NCBI GenBank assembly: GCA_011109175.1
Contig: RDEW01000021.1
Span: forward strand, 569,080 to 633,079
Length of the DNA: 64,000 nucleotides
Direction of reading: 5' to 3'
DNA from: Dicyema japonicum
Taxonomy: Eukaryota > Animalia > Dicyemida
Shown: piece after piece, positions 12,231 to 25,750 of the stretch
Numbering within the stretch: position 1 is the stretch's first letter
Layout of the letters: each line of letters starts with the position of its first letter
Position numbers and translations under genes: made by a program
Notes under the pieces: generated by a model
What the model saw: the letters and a program-made list of their open reading frames with translations, nothing else
Database searches by the model: none
What the model was told of the DNA's origin: nothing

Positions 12231-14378
12231 TATTAACTTATTTTTTCTGAGAAACTTATGGAAATTCTTTTATGTAAAATTTCTTTCACTAAGTAAACCA
12301 GGGAGACTAAAATTGCCTCAAGAATTCTCCACGTGACTTAAGATATTTTTCCTTTGTCGGAAATATATAATGTTGTGTTTAAATAAATACAATTAGTCGA
12401 TTTCTACTAATATTTCCGTGGACGATGATGACTATATCCACAAAATGTCACTTGTTGAAATGGTCTGTGAGATGGTCGATGAACTTGCTTTTGAGAAAAT
12501 GGGAGATTTTGTTAATAACCTCTTTTCAAATCTATTCTCATAAAGCACAAGACCACTACAGCCAAGTGGATCTCTTTTGAAGATGCTGACGAATTATTCA
12601 ACAAAAAAGTGAATTGGTTCCTTATGTTTAGATTTGTGTTTTAAAATCACTGAAGTGAATTAGTTCGACATGTCAGTTAGTAAGGTTCACTTCAATTCTG
12701 CGATTGTTAAAAAAATTTAGAACTGTTGCAAAGAAATCTATTTTTCCTGATGTTAAGGATTTTAGTGATTCCATGAAACAGTGACTTTACATTTAATTTG
12801 TTAGTGAATGTTTAAGAATGTACTTTCGATCAGAAGCTGCACTCATGGTTATCAAATTATGCCCGAACAGTAATATTTACTCGGTTATCTCTCCAAAACC
12901 GACTTATAATCTGTGCTTCCTTACAATCAATCAAATGGATAGTACTGAGACTATGAAAAGTGTGTTTGGGGTTCTCTAATTTCATAAACTTTAGCGTTGC
13001 CATAAAGAATTGAGGGATATCATTTTGAATAAAGTCAAGAATTTATTAGACTGGTTGAAACTTCACATTCAGTTTGAGTCTCTTAGTTCTCTGCCTTTTC
13101 TTGGACTTCCAGGAACCGATTTTAGCTCTAAAAAGAAATTCTTACCTAAATATATTACTAAAAGGAGACAATTTTCTTCATGATTTTGCAAGACAGCATG
13201 TTTTTATCCAACTATCAGTAACCTAGAAAAATTCAGCTCCAGAAGTGGTAATTCCTTACTTTGTGCATTTTCTGACTTCTCTTGAAATTTTAAAATCAAT
13301 TGATGACACCGACGGTCTTGTGGATATATCAAAGTTGACTTACTTGTAATTTCTAGGACCATTGGATTGTGTTGATTGTGACTAATGATAATTAATCAAA
13401 TTTGCAAAAAATAAAAGAATATCGGTCTGTCGATAACTATAGCGACTATCACCTTAATAAAGTTTTTATTTGTTTATTAACAGATTTTGTGGGCTATTTG
13501 TGACATAATGCACTCTTGCATATCATTGCTAAATCATCTTATTACCATTTATGTGATAAAGACAGTGAATTTACTTACATTCCACACAAACTGTTTGTCA
13601 AAGTCAATGAAGTCTTTTTATGTGTTTGTTTATAGGATTCACTTAATCGACAAATTGTGTTTGCCCCTCATGACAGTCAATTTTACCAGTATATTCAATA
13701 ATGTAGCATCTTACTGAGGAACTACAAAACCTTGATTTTATGACGTAGTTTTTTAATAGGAAACCATCTAAAATAAAACATCAAAAGGATGTGATAAGTT
13801 GGGCTCTAGTTATTTTAAAAAGTTAAGAAATTTTCCTCACCAGAGGGTAGAGAAGACTAAACCATTGAAACGAGTTGAACGAGAATATGGTGAAATGTAC
13901 AAGTAATATAGTATTTATTGTAGTAATAGAGCTTGTAGGAGAATAGTTGAGTTTGTCACTAATAAATCTGGGAGTACTGATTTGTATTTTGTTTGTTTAT
14001 TTCAGTTTTGGTTGGAGAATTATAATAAGAAATGTAAAAGGTTTGTTTTGAATTTATAGTTTTAGCTCTGGTGATTCAGAGTTATGATAAACTACCCAAC
14101 TCCACATTATTATGGTGGATTGAATTACTTTAGGGATATTACTTGAAACATTTTTCATATAGTAAGGAAAATAGCAAAATATATGACACATTTTAGAGTG
14201 CCTTGGTATTCTTTGCATGTCAACAATAATTTTATATATTCGGTTATGTAAATAATACACCCAACTGTGTACCAAAAATGCATTAAACCAAAATTTTTAG
14301 CAGAAATGGTTTTGAGACTAGCTTGTTTTTTTATTTTGAAAATATAAAACTAACAGATAAAATCTACAATAAGAACAA

Positions 14379-14898
14379 CCCTTAAACACAGTATTTGACG
14401 AAACTTGCTTGCAGTTGACCGTTACAGGACCATCTGCAAGATTAATATGAGAGGCTTCTGAACCAATCAAGCCAACACCGACGTGGCTTTATAGTCACTG
14501 GAAGATGCGAGTGGAGTGGCGCTTGGATCAATGCACTCTCCGTTGGTAGTGTCGGGACCCACTTTGACGACGACACTGTCCGCATCGGCATCTCCACCAG
14601 ACTTGGACTGAAGATTTGCCAGACTCACAAATGCCGATGTGGCGCCACCATCGATTGTTATGGACATCATGACCTCTCGTGTCGAAGAAGTGCAGGACGA
14701 TTACCAAGACACAAGGCGATCAACGGAATTGTCAAGCGAGCCCTGGAGTCTACGGGATATCCGCCATACTTGAACCTGTTGGCCTGGACAGAGGAGATGG
14801 AATCACAATTTCCCATTCTGGGATGCTACTCGTGTCGACTCCTTTACTCATCCAATACTGTCATGACCTCGGTAGAACACTGCATGCCGTGAAAAAAT
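14379..14898 (+). mobile_element. CRE-like non-LTR C-terminal (RLE) fragment flanked by a ~30-bp imperfect direct repeat
   Basis: RHKAINGIVKRAL, ILEPVGLDRGDG and WDATRVDSF motifs. Flanks 14348-14378 and 14899-14928 are near-identical. Confidence 0.75.
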
Positions 14899-15178
14899 AA
14901 CTAACAGATTAAATCTAAATAAGAACAATATTTTAATGTTTGAAAAATCTATTGGTTTATTTTTTATTAATTATGAACATCCCTTCGATCAGGAAGCCAA
15001 ACTGTATTGCTCACCTGCCTGAAATATGAAAAGAAATATTTTTATTTGTTGAGATCAATCCAGGACTCCAAACTAAACACAAGAGAAAGCCTGACATGGA
15101 TAATTAATCTGGAGTATAGCTCTTGTCCTCTTTCTTGTGATAACGGGGTTAATTAAATAAAAATTAATTGTGAATGTA

Positions 15179-16634
15179 CAGTCCAACCTCGTTTTGGGGA
15201 AACACAAACTGCAGAGAAAACGTCTTTTTGGTGAGTTTTATCATTTTAATACTAATAATAAATTTTTCTTTAGTAATAAACCTCCAAATGGGGAAAATTA
15301 GTGTGACAATTATTAATTTTTAAATTTGTCTTAGAAAATTTAAAAGGGCCAGGAAGTTATTCAAAATAAAAAAATTAAATTATGTAAGGAAATACAGTCG
15401 GATCTATCAAATATGCATTTATTTGTGAGAAGTATGTCATCTCTAAGAAAAGGGAAGAAATCTTATGTGAAGGTTCTTGTACGTCAAATAGGGTAAATGG
15501 GTACTACTTAAATAAAAAGTTTATGAAGTTTTTCGTTCTCTGAGATGCAAAGGTTTCCCAATCAACATAAAAACTCATCGCTTGTAAATTTGCAAATAGG
15601 CATTCTAGTAATGACTTACCGAATATAATGCAACTTGTCTACATGTGACCTGGAACGAAATAAATCAGAAATACGAAATTGTTTTGAAAAGTCATTGAAC
15701 TTTATGATACTAGAAACAAAATGATAACGGATATAGTAAACAGTTAGGATATTATTGGAAATGAAAATTTAAAGACCTTTTATGCTGATCTGAAGAAGAT
15801 AACAGCGAGGCATACGGAACGTAATTGCACTTTGCGCCTTTATGTAGTCAAACAAGACACTTCTGAAAATTTTTCATAAAAAAGATTTGCTGCAGATTCA
15901 GATAATCTCGATATTATGCATTCACTAAGAAAAAAAACAAAATTACATGAAAAAAACTGATTTTTTTTATCAACAAATAAAAAACTTATTATTGTTATTA
16001 AAAAATGCACTCCCGAAAAAACATAATATGAGTAAAGTTTCCCTTGTGCCACATTCCGAATCATCCTCTATGTCAGCCTCGACAATGATCTTCTGTTGCG
16101 CGCTAGTTCTTTTAGGTAACCAGGTCCTCCGCCAAAGTTAGTCTCATACCAACCGCCGACAGGTGTTCGTTCAAGATTGTCGGAAGTGTCGTTTTAGGGC
16201 TTCCACGGAATCCGGCTTCTTTGTTTGCGTTTAGTTGTCCATTGCGACATTTGCGGGGACTCGTCATTTAGACGTAACAAGTGGCCAAAGAGGGTCCATC
16301 TTGATTTGAAAATATCATCTGAGAGCACGCCTGATTTGCATTTATTATTAAGGTTTTCACTAGATATTTTCATAGGCAAGTTGATCTTGCTTCCGATTTG
16401 AGCTGAGCTCTGTGGAAAGAGTCAAGACGGACCATTTCCTGTTTCGGGATTCCTCAAGTCCCAGAGTTGTAAGTTAGTACCGAGATGACAAAACTTCTAA
16501 TGATTTAATATTATAGTAATTAATTTTTATAAAAGTAATTTTTACACATTTGACATTAAGCTTTTAAAGAAGATCCTCATTTTTGGGGAAAACCTCAAAA
16601 TTGGAGAATTTTCCCCCATTTCGGTGTCGGACTG
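15179..16634 (+). mobile_element. pogo/Tigger-type Tc1-mariner element, decayed, with a nested LINE fragment
   Basis: TA|CAGTCCAACCTCG ... CGGTGTCGGACTG|TA ends with TA duplication. CENP-B-HTH-like and IRNCFEK remnants. The left-end sequence recurs at ~52720-52870. Confidence 0.65.
16030..16500 (-). mobile_element. RTE-like LINE C-terminal fragment nested in the pogo element
   Basis: SRWTLFGHLLRLNDESP matches the RTE LRWFGH..R....P motif. Confidence 0.6.
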
Positions 16635-16664
16635 TAATAACATCCCTATATAATTTCAAATTAG

Positions 16665-16865
16665 CAGCATTGTACTATGTGGTTACTTGATAGAAGATTT
16701 TTTGTTTTCTCTGTGCCATTTTTTCCCTTTCGAATAGAGTTGCGTCATGTGATCCACCTGTCAAATTGGTACATTTCTCTCTCTACTCCATTTGAGGGGT
16801 TCCCACGAGTGCATGGAATGGACGACTTCAACTTTTTATGGTGTTTTTTTTAACAGTAAATAAAA
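16665..16865 (+). mobile_element. Internally deleted copy of the short non-autonomous element
   Basis: TAGAGTTGCGTCATGTGATCCACCTGTC and GAGGGGTTCCCAC..GCATGGAATGGACG match 56069-56190. Confidence 0.7.
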
Positions 16866-17818
16866 TTAGGACAGAAGTAATAAAAAGGTTTATGTAAGTA
16901 ATTATATTCTCTAATTCTTCAACCTCCTTCGCTTTGAGTCACTACACAGCTCCTTCACTACACACTTCTCAACTTCTTTTAATTTATGTTAACTCAAACA
17001 TAGTGATTCTATGAACGAGTACAGATCTTTCTTTTCTCGTTCAAAAGACTTTCGTTGAAGGTAGTGAATAACTCAATAATACGCAGCTTAAAGAGTCACG
17101 ATCCTTTTTTCGATTGTCCAGAGAGACGCCTCCTCACTTTCCTCAAGAATGTGATTTGCCAAAAATGATCTAGATCCTCTGCTTCATCCAGTTTCACATT
17201 GAATTCCTTAAGTCTTCTGGATTGTAACAGGTAGTGTGCATTTTGGTCGTCTTCAAAATCCTCGAGTGCACTCGAACTTCGTTGGCAGGTGCAGTTTTAT
17301 CAATTCTGAGATGTCAAACAATTCTTCATTACATCCAAAAATTGATTGTAGCATATATTACATAAAAGTGAAATAATAATCGAACAAGTTCGGTCACCTA
17401 ATAATTGTTATTTAAAGGAAAACTTATTTAATTGCAAAATGACAAGACAACGTAGCGAATCGAAAGAAACAAACGAGAGTTATAATGGATCACAGGAATA
17501 TGTAAAAATCGAAGACACAGATTACATTTCTGAAGATTGTTTTTCAGAACTCTCACATAATGGTAGTAAGACTAGTATATTTTTTGGTCGAATTTACATA
17601 AATTTATTAATTTTAGATGAATTCAATTAAGACGACGTTTACAGTACTATTCCTCTTGAAATTGGTTCTAAACGAGATCAAGACCAAATACTTTCGTTAA
17701 GTAATATAGAATTAATTAAAGATGACGCTGATGAAGCTGACGAATGCGCACATTTTCTTAAAAAGACCAGAGAAGAACAGTTGAAAGAAGAGAGCGACAT
17801 TTCAACACTTATCTTGGA

Positions 17819-18040
17819 AGAGGACGAATATGAATTGGATTTTCAGAATTTTCGACTGGCAAATAATTTTAAGAAAAAGACGTTTAAACTGAGACCTCGG
17901 GAAAAATTTTTTTTTGACTAATCTAGTTTAGAGGACGAATATGAATTGGATTTTCAGAATTTTCGACTGGCAAATAATTTTAAGAAAAAGACGTTTAAAC
18001 TGAGACCTCGGGAAAAATTTTTTTTTGACTAATCTAGTTT
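17819..18040. repeat. Perfect 111-bp tandem duplication
   Basis: 17819-17929 is repeated at 17930-18040. Confidence 0.9.
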
Positions 18041-18105
18041 TATTTTGGGTTTACTTTTCGATTATGTTATTTTTTTATTTTACTTATCGGTACAAACAAG
18101 ATAAA

Positions 18106-18480
18106 GCCACGTGGTACCACTTGGTTACTCGATTGAAGATTTCTATGTGTTTCGTCTGTCCTCCTCTTTCCTTCTATACTAGAGTGGTATCATGTGATCC
18201 ACCATTCTCAGGTGGCGCCGTGTGACAAGGTAACAACTATCAAGATCTCACAGTCCCAGAAGCAGATACTCCTAATATTATACAAGTACATCCAGAACAA
18301 ACTGCAGAGGAAGAAAACGTCCAAAAATTACAGTTGCAGAAACCTATCCACTGGAGTGGTTAAGAGCAAAATCCTTTTCTTACAACCATGGCCAAATAAA
18401 CCTGTCGGATATCTGGAGCGTTCTTGTTAGCCATCGGTTTCATTCACAGGACCGTAGATAATTAAATAAATAAAAATAAA
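18106..18480 (+). mobile_element. Short non-autonomous retroelement (head, pseudoknot core, LINE-like tail, A-rich end)
   Basis: TTGGTTACTCGATTGAAGATTT head, TAGAGTGGTATCATGTGATCCACC core, tail ending (TAAA)n at 18455-18480. Confidence 0.7.
18186..18250 (+). ncRNA. HDV-like pseudoknot copy
   Basis: P1 GGTATCA/TGGCGCC, P2 TGTGATC/GATCTCA (6 of 7 pairs), P3 CC/GG, imperfect P4, C18241-A-A immediately before the P2 3' strand. Confidence 0.45.
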
Positions 18481-18593
18481 TATTTTGGAAAGTGATTCAT
18501 GAAATAGTTCAATTTGTCCAATACAAAATTAAAGCGGCAATTTACTCAACGATTTTTTTTCGTGAAGCTAGAAAATGTACAAGTTATTCAAAA

Positions 18594-19838
18594 TGTAATA
18601 TCAGTCGCGAGCGCTACGCGCGACCAGTCAATGTCAATCAATCAAATTAACTTATTTTTTTCAAGATTAAAAATAATTATTATTTTTAACTGTTATTAGT
18701 GACTACATCAACTTCTTAAGTCTTTTTGAATGTATTTTCATTACCGATCCATCACTATTTTCCACATTGACAAAATTGTTAGACAATTTTGCAAAAATAG
18801 TAACTGGATCCTCGTACGGATGTTCGAACTTTGTTAATCTAAGAGAAGGATTCGTCCCATAATCTTTGAATGCGAGCCTTTTAAGTAATTAAAAATAGAA
18901 TACAATATCTCCAACATCCAAATCATATTTTGAGCGATGTACTCCCATTTTCCTATTCATCCTCTTATAATATGAGGACTCCAAATTAATTTTAGGAAAA
19001 TTAAACTCAAATTCATCTAAAATATATTTAAATACAAAACCTTTTCTGAATGATTCTACGTTGTCTCGTTCAGTATTGTTTTCTACTACAGTGTTAAATC
19101 CTGGAATCCCACGATATCTTTGGAACGGACTAACTCCAACGAAAAAATATAAGAAACAATTTACCTGTGGATGAGTGAGGCGTTTGATTATATAAAAAAC
19201 AGCCCTTGGAATGTATCTCACCCACTTTTTTATTATCCAAACTCATCATTTTCGACAAACTTCCTGTGATCGTCTGGTTAAATCTTTCCACAAACCCTTG
19301 TTCTCCTACAAAGAGCTTCCAATGCATTGTGCCCAAAATGATTGGCCTCATGAATCTCCCGAGCGATTATTTTCATTTCTTCTATATTCATGGAACTAAT
19401 TACGAGCTTGTGTAGCCCATTTACATCCTCAAGATATAATTTCCCCTCATTGATTATGAAATTTTCCGCTTTTTTTGAGTCTCTCTCTCGCATGCTTGGG
19501 AAGATCGACATCCTCATTATTAAGTAAAGATCTCAACAAATTATATTCATCTTGATCTTTCACAAACAAACGCTGATGTGACATAACAGGCAAGAGACAA
19601 AATTAGCGTAGATAATATTTTATTTGTGGTTAGTATGATATGCCGACAAAAAATTATTTAAATTTCCATAAAATAAATAATAATAAATTTTAATAATGTC
19701 AAGAATAATCTGATTTAATAGAAAAATATAATGATTTTTTTCTCTTCTTTTTTCAATTAGTCATCGATTAGATTGACTACCTGATGACAGGATTGACAGG
19801 TGTCAAAGTCGCTTTCTGCGCTCGCGACATAATATCAG
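18594..19838 (-). mobile_element. Ginger-like (gypsy-integrase-type) DNA transposon, decayed
   Basis: The frameshifted ORF starts at ATG 19584 (MSHQRLF..) directly with an integrase (HEANHFG zinc finger, QGFVERFNQT, HSSTGK), with no RT or RNase H. Imperfect inverted termini TGTAATATCAGTCGCGAGCGC / GCGCTCGCGAC. Confidence 0.65.
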
Positions 19839-20612
19839 TCGCTTTAGAGTTCCCTTGAAGGATCTGATTGCGAATATCAAACTTTAGGGAAAAAACAAAT
19901 TAAAGAATCAATGCTAGATTTATTGAGACAACGAATGTCACTCCTGACAGTTAATTTCCTATGAGAGGGGTAGTTCATAAACATTTTAATATCCTACTCT
20001 AAAATGGTTTCTAGGGTAACCGGAAAATAATAATTTTTCTTATAAAATAGCAAAAAATATCATTTTTTTCATTTCGCATCTATAACTAAAAAATAGAAAG
20101 AATTTATAACAATTATAGATTATAAAATGAAATCGAAGTCATTAATATTTTTGGTTTTAAAATTTCGATCTTGTGTGAGAACTTTGGATATTACTGAAAT
20201 AGCTTTTTCAACTCAGTAAACTGGTATTACACCTTAGAATATTTTCATTTACTGATGGTAGGAAGTTTTCAATATTTAATATTTACAAATTCCCTGTCAT
20301 CTGAAGTTTTGAAATATATTCATTCACTTTACAAGGATTTGCCTTAAGGTGTATTTGTTCCAAGCCTGAAAAGGCGAAAAAGGACAAATTTGTTGCGTTT
20401 GATCCGGGATCCGATGAGAGACAACTCGCCTAGAAAAAAATTTAGGGACAACTCGTCTGAAATAACATAAATATAATACCCATACTTAATATTGGGTATT
20501 CGAAGATAATATTAAAATAACAGAATTTTTTAACAATTTTAATATCTATTTTTTGACTTTATTACAAATGTAGTTATATTAACAGAGTCATCCATCTAAA
20601 GTGGACCTCGCC

Positions 20613-20796
20613 GACATCATCGACGTTGTGTTGCTTCTCACAATTACAACAGAGATCCACTGGAGAAGCCACCGGGTCTCACGTGTGTCGTGACTTTTTA
20701 GTGTGACATTATCGACGTTGTGTTGCCTCTCACAATTACAACAGAGATCCACTGGAGAAGCCACCGGGTCTCACGTGTGTCGTGACTTTTTAGTGT
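20613..20796. repeat. 92-bp tandem duplication (2 mismatches)
   Basis: 20613-20704 versus 20705-20796. Confidence 0.9.
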
Positions 20797-20899
20797 AGCT
20801 AGGCGTCCAAGTTTCTTTAGGAAGCGAAATGAAAATGAAAGATCAACAACAACATGTTACGAATTAGGTACTAATAAGTCTGCCTGTTAAGCCTAGACT

Positions 20900-23800
20900 C
20901 TTCATCCCGGTACCCTTTTTCTGACAATCCATCCTATGTCTATTTACTTTGACGTCCTGATTCGGATGTCCTCCTTGATCGGTTTGACAAGTTTGTTCTC
21001 TTCCTCCGTCAGGGCTTCTTGTAATTTCTTACCGAGGGCTAGTTTTATCGCCGCCCGCCGTGTTCTCTCCAGTCGGGCGAGAATCCTTTCTCTCGAAGGG
21101 GTGTAGAACCATCCCTCGCTTCCGTAGATCAGTCTGGGAAGAATCACATTCCGGAAGATGAAGAGCATGGAATTGACGTCTAGCTTCAGTCTCTTAGTGC
21201 AGTACAGTGCCTGCAAAGCCTTTTTCCTTCGCCCTTCAATGTCCTTCATGTATGATCCTCTTCCATCGACTGAAATCCCCAGGTATTTCAATGACGAAAC
21301 TCTCGGTATACAGAGAGTGTAGGGCTCCTCCTGATGTCTACCCGGCCTGCTTATCCTCAAACAACTGGATTTTTCCGTCGAGAGTTTCATGCCTCTCCGA
21401 TCGCACCAACCCTGGACTTCGTCGATAAAAACACCTAGTCGCCGCTCTGAGTAGTATGCCTTCAAAGATGAATCCAGGATTAGAATGTCGTCCGCGTAAA
21501 TCATTAGCTTGGTTCTGACGTTCTGCGGAGACGGAAAATCTTCCATAAATATGTTAAATAGCAAAGGGCTAAGAATAGATCCCTGTGGCACTCCTCTTTT
21601 AAATGATATTCCATCCGAATAACTTCCACCAACTACCACGTGGGATATCCTCCCAGTTAGGTAGTCCTTCAGCCATAGGAACATTTCTCTGGTTATTTTA
21701 GACCGAACTAGTTGACGAAATAACGCCTCGTGCCATACACGCCTCGTGCCTTTGATATGTCGAGACATATGAGGCTCAACTGGCTTTTCTTCTCCAGTGT
21801 ATTTATAATTTCGTAGTTTAGTGAGTGGATACAATCTCCACATGATCTTCCCGGACGGAAACCAAATTGATTAGGTCGTATAAAGTTGCTCCCCTCTATA
21901 TACCGATTCAGTGTTTTAAAAACAATACGTTCCATAATCTTTGATGTAGAACATATGAGACTTATCGGCCTATAACTGAGGGGATCCTTCCTTGCTTTTC
22001 CTGGCTTGAGGATCATCTTAACAATAGATCGTTTCCATAAAGAAGGCACGTGTCCGAGTCGTACATCTCACGTAGAACAGACAATAGTTCATCAGAACCT
22101 TCTTTGAACATAATCATAGGAATCCCATCAAATCCGGGTGCCTTGTTCTTGCATTCACGAATTGCTGTTCTAACTTCTGCCATTGAGACTTTTTCTGTCA
22201 AACTACCCAGATCTTCCATAGAGTAATCCATGAAATTAGGCAACTCATCTGAAAATTTTTCATTTATAACACTAATAGGATCGACACCCTGTATATTCTC
22301 TAGTTGACTTCGGAATACCGAAGGAACTTTTTCCAATGGGATTGTCCTTCCATTTTGATCGGCTAGCTCAATGTTTTTCGCTTTTAAACTCCCATTCGTT
22401 AGCCTCCTGTACATTTTCCAGAAAAAGGGTTTTTCCAGTTAACCTTAGAGGCTGCACTCTTCAATTTATTTTCGGCGTTTACTCTCCATGCTTCTTGTAA
22501 CATTGTTTGGATCACATCAATTCTGTATTTCAAGATTTTCCTGTCCCACATATCAATACATCGTTTGTGCTTCGCCTTCAGAGTATTCCTCTCGCGAATA
22601 AGATCCCGTATTATAGGTGGGCAAGAATCTTTGTTCTTCAGAAAGCTCTTCGAGTAAACCTTCCTTCCATATAATTGAAGATACGTCAGCATAGTGCTGG
22701 ATAATACCCTGTCGAAAACGTCCAGCTCATTAGGTGTAGAACAAGAGATAGTCTTCGATAGTAAGGTCTCAGACAAATAATGACGATAATGTACCCAGTC
22801 TATCGACGAAGTATCGTAGTATAGGAAAATATTTTCTGCAATGTTTGGTTCCAAGTTTATAGATATTTCCTGCGGAATATGATCACTCCCAATGTCCCAA
22901 AGCAACGAGGGTCCGTCCACATAATCCAGGAGCTGTGGAGACACTAGAGCCAATCCCAACATGTCAGCTCCGTTGTATGAGAAATGGTTAGGTTCTTTAG
23001 ACGTCAAGACCTCAACTCCAATTTCGCTAGCCAGATCTGCAAGGAGTCGCCCGTCCCCATTATTTTTGCAGCATCCATAGCTCGTATTCTTAGCGTTGAG
23101 GTCTCCTACCAAAATCGACATCGGGTTAGTTTCGAAAAATTGGACAATTTTCGCAGAAGATCGGGCCAAGTCCTTAGAATATAGCCCTCCTACGCTTATC
23201 CATTTCCCTCCACATAGAATATCCACGGACACAAATTCCGACTCATCGGCCATTACGATGCAATCATTCCGTGTTTGCAAACCATTTCGAAAAAAGATTG
23301 AAGTTCCAGTTCCAGCCACTGCTCCATCTTTCCATGGAATGCCCACCGAGTTATATCCTTCCATACTATATTTCTTTCCTTGTTTGATTTTCGTCTCGTT
23401 GACTACCAAGACATCCACCTTGGCAATCCTCACAAGTAGCGCTAGTTCATCATGCCTTTTCACTAGGGAGCGGGCATTCACCAGCACTACTTTCAATTTA
23501 CTTTTCAACGGTTTGGTTGGTGGCCTGCGCTCTCCACAGCCAGGTCCACCAGACTCCAAAAATCCACTTTCAGCATTTTGCATAAATTGTTCAGACGAGA
23601 GACAATACCATTCAGCTCCCGAGATACCGACTCGGGGATTCCTGCTTTGCTCTGTTCATGTTTACGTTTGGCGCCCAGATCCACCGATCCATCACGAATG
23701 TGAGAACTATCAGTTTTCATAATCTCTTCCGTCTGTTTGACCATCTCGCAAACTTCAGATTTTCTCTGCAAATTTTTCCTTTTAGCGCTCCTCTCCATCG

Positions 23801-24640
23801 GCCAATCTGGAGTATGTGAAGTATTAGTCCGCTTCATTTCTTGAATTGGCTTGATTCCTTCTTTTCTAGACACTGTTTGTCTGGAAATTATTTTCTTCGA
23901 TGCATTGCCGGACATCCTCTATAGCGGGCATTGTGTCCTGCACCTCCACAATTGATACATTTGGTCTTTACGTTCGATGGATATTCACACATAAGAAGAT
24001 CGTGCTCCCCTCCACACTTGATGCATCTCTTCTTTTCCTTACACTGTGCCGCGATGTGGCCGATGCGTTCACAGTTGTAGCAGATGGGAGGGGGCCTCTT
24101 CATCCACTCACACTCGATTTTGTTTGATCCAATGTAAAATCCACAACGTATCAACGATGTGACCTCCGCATTACTACTAACTGAGGCCTTTGCCATAGGC
24201 TATGATCCTCTTGACATTCGGGTAACCTTCGTGACTGAGGGAGCCATCTCCTGAAGGTAGTCCAAGAGGTCGTCCTCCTTTACCCAGAAGGGGAGGTTCC
24301 TGAGGACAATCTCAGACGGTTTTGTCGAGATTGTCTTGAAATGGTGATTGTCATTGCCAAAGGGGCAGGTCTCATTCACCGCTTCTATAAAGGTGGCCAC
24401 ATGGGAGTTATCCAGGAAATCCAGTCGGAAAGAGCCCGGTCCTCTGTGGATCATTCTCATAGATCCGTATTGGTCATAGTATTGTAAAACATTTGCGATT
24501 TTAATTGCATTCATAGTAGAATTCACTGTAATTAATATAGTCTTGTTCTCCGAATGATCGGGTTTCAGGAAGCGAAGCGGTTTTCCACAATTTTAATTAA
24601 AAATTAAATGAAAAAACTCCAAAGCACCTTCACCTTCGAC
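20900..24640 (-). mobile_element. Near full-length Jockey/I-group LINE: ORF1 gag with three CCHC knuckles plus ORF2 APE-RT, inactivated
   Basis: ORF1 has CYNCERIGHIAAQC, CIKCGGEHDLLMC and CINCGGAGHNARYRGC. ORF2 has LVNARSL, NETK, VGDLNAK, SDH, APGFDG, YRPISL, QFGFR, GVPQGSILSPLLFN, YADD and KYLG. There is a stop in ORF1 and several frameshifts. Confidence 0.95.
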
Positions 24641-24653
24641 AAGTATCAGTCAG

Positions 24654-25114
24654 CACCTTCACCCCGCCCATTATTAGAGCTTCTATACAAACAATTTGTT
24701 CTACCTAGTATCGAATACGCCTGTGCTACATGAATTGGCCTGTTATCACCATCGGCAAAAAGCAAGCTGGAAGTTTTACATAACCGATGTCTCAGAATAC
24801 TATTGAGATCGTCGAAAAAGACGTTCACCTCGTTACTACGGAGAACACTAAACGTCCCCCCAATCATGGAATAGCTTATGGAGCGTCATCGGGACTTCCT
24901 CAAGATGGCAAAGTACCCTGACCATCCCCTCGGGACGGACACCAAACTATATATGGACGCCTGCCCGAGATATGAAAAGAAACCTTCCCCGCTGTGGAGA
25001 TTAGGATTCTAAAACTAACCGCAGGAAAAGGGGTATGGAAACCGGAATCACTTAATTAGACGATAACTTTTATCATCTTTCTCTTGATTTCGAGGTTAAC
25101 AAAATAAAATACAA
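24654..25114 (+). mobile_element. 5'-truncated LINE insertion ending TGIT-stop with a 13-bp target-site duplication
   Basis: TSD AAGTATCAGTCAG at 24641-24653 and 25115-25127. LYKQFVLPSIEYAC motif and A-rich tail. Confidence 0.9.
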
Positions 25115-25319
25115 AAGTATCAGTCAGATAGGAAGTGTAATGAGGAATTTGAGGTACACCGATGATTGGTCTGTGCCATAATTAAGATATCTACCCGTAG
25201 ACACATCGTATGATCAATAGACACATAAAATTATGTATTATATCACCTTATTCAGTCTGGGGGCCTTATCTTGATAATCGAATTCAGAAAAATCTATTAC
25301 TGTACCATTCGTATATGTG

Positions 25320-25750
25320 ATCATGTACTCTCCAAGTCTTCCTTCTGAAAGTACTCTATATGATAGAAAGTACTATCAATGTTAATCCAAGAATTGATAA
25401 CGTCTATAAATGTTTGTTTTAATATCAAATGTATTTGTTGAAAATGGAAGGAAAATACATAAATAATCATAAAAGATGATTCCTCGTTTAGAATCAAAAA
25501 CATCACTTCATTTTTAGGCAAGAGTTTTCATAATGGTAATCTTCATCAGTAAAGTTTCTCAGGGAGATGGTACAAGAATCCCTTTCAACAACTGTGTCGT
25601 GCCAGAAGGATCCGTGAGTTGGATCCGGTTGACGAGAATTGACTTTCCGTGAATGGCCCATCTTTTCGGATTCGAACACACAGAAGTCGGCTCATTGTCA
25701 TCAGAAGTTGCGTTCAGCCAAGAAAGCCAGGATGAAACGATCAGAAAATG
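25320..25750 (-). repeat. Copy 2 of the unassigned dispersed repeat
   Basis: Homologous to 6310-6600 (minus) and 61790-62170 (plus). Confidence 0.65.

Noticed and set aside
17439-17920. Acidic ORF pieces that might be a spliced host gene
   Set aside because: No recognisable domain, and the splice sites needed to join the frames are ambiguous.
23096-23722. 208-aa plus-strand ORF
   Set aside because: It is the antisense shadow of the LINE APE ORF and has no motifs of its own.
25526-25549. CTGATGA...GAAA on the minus strand (hammerhead core)
   Set aside because: The intervening 13 nt cannot form stem II, and stems I and III are absent.
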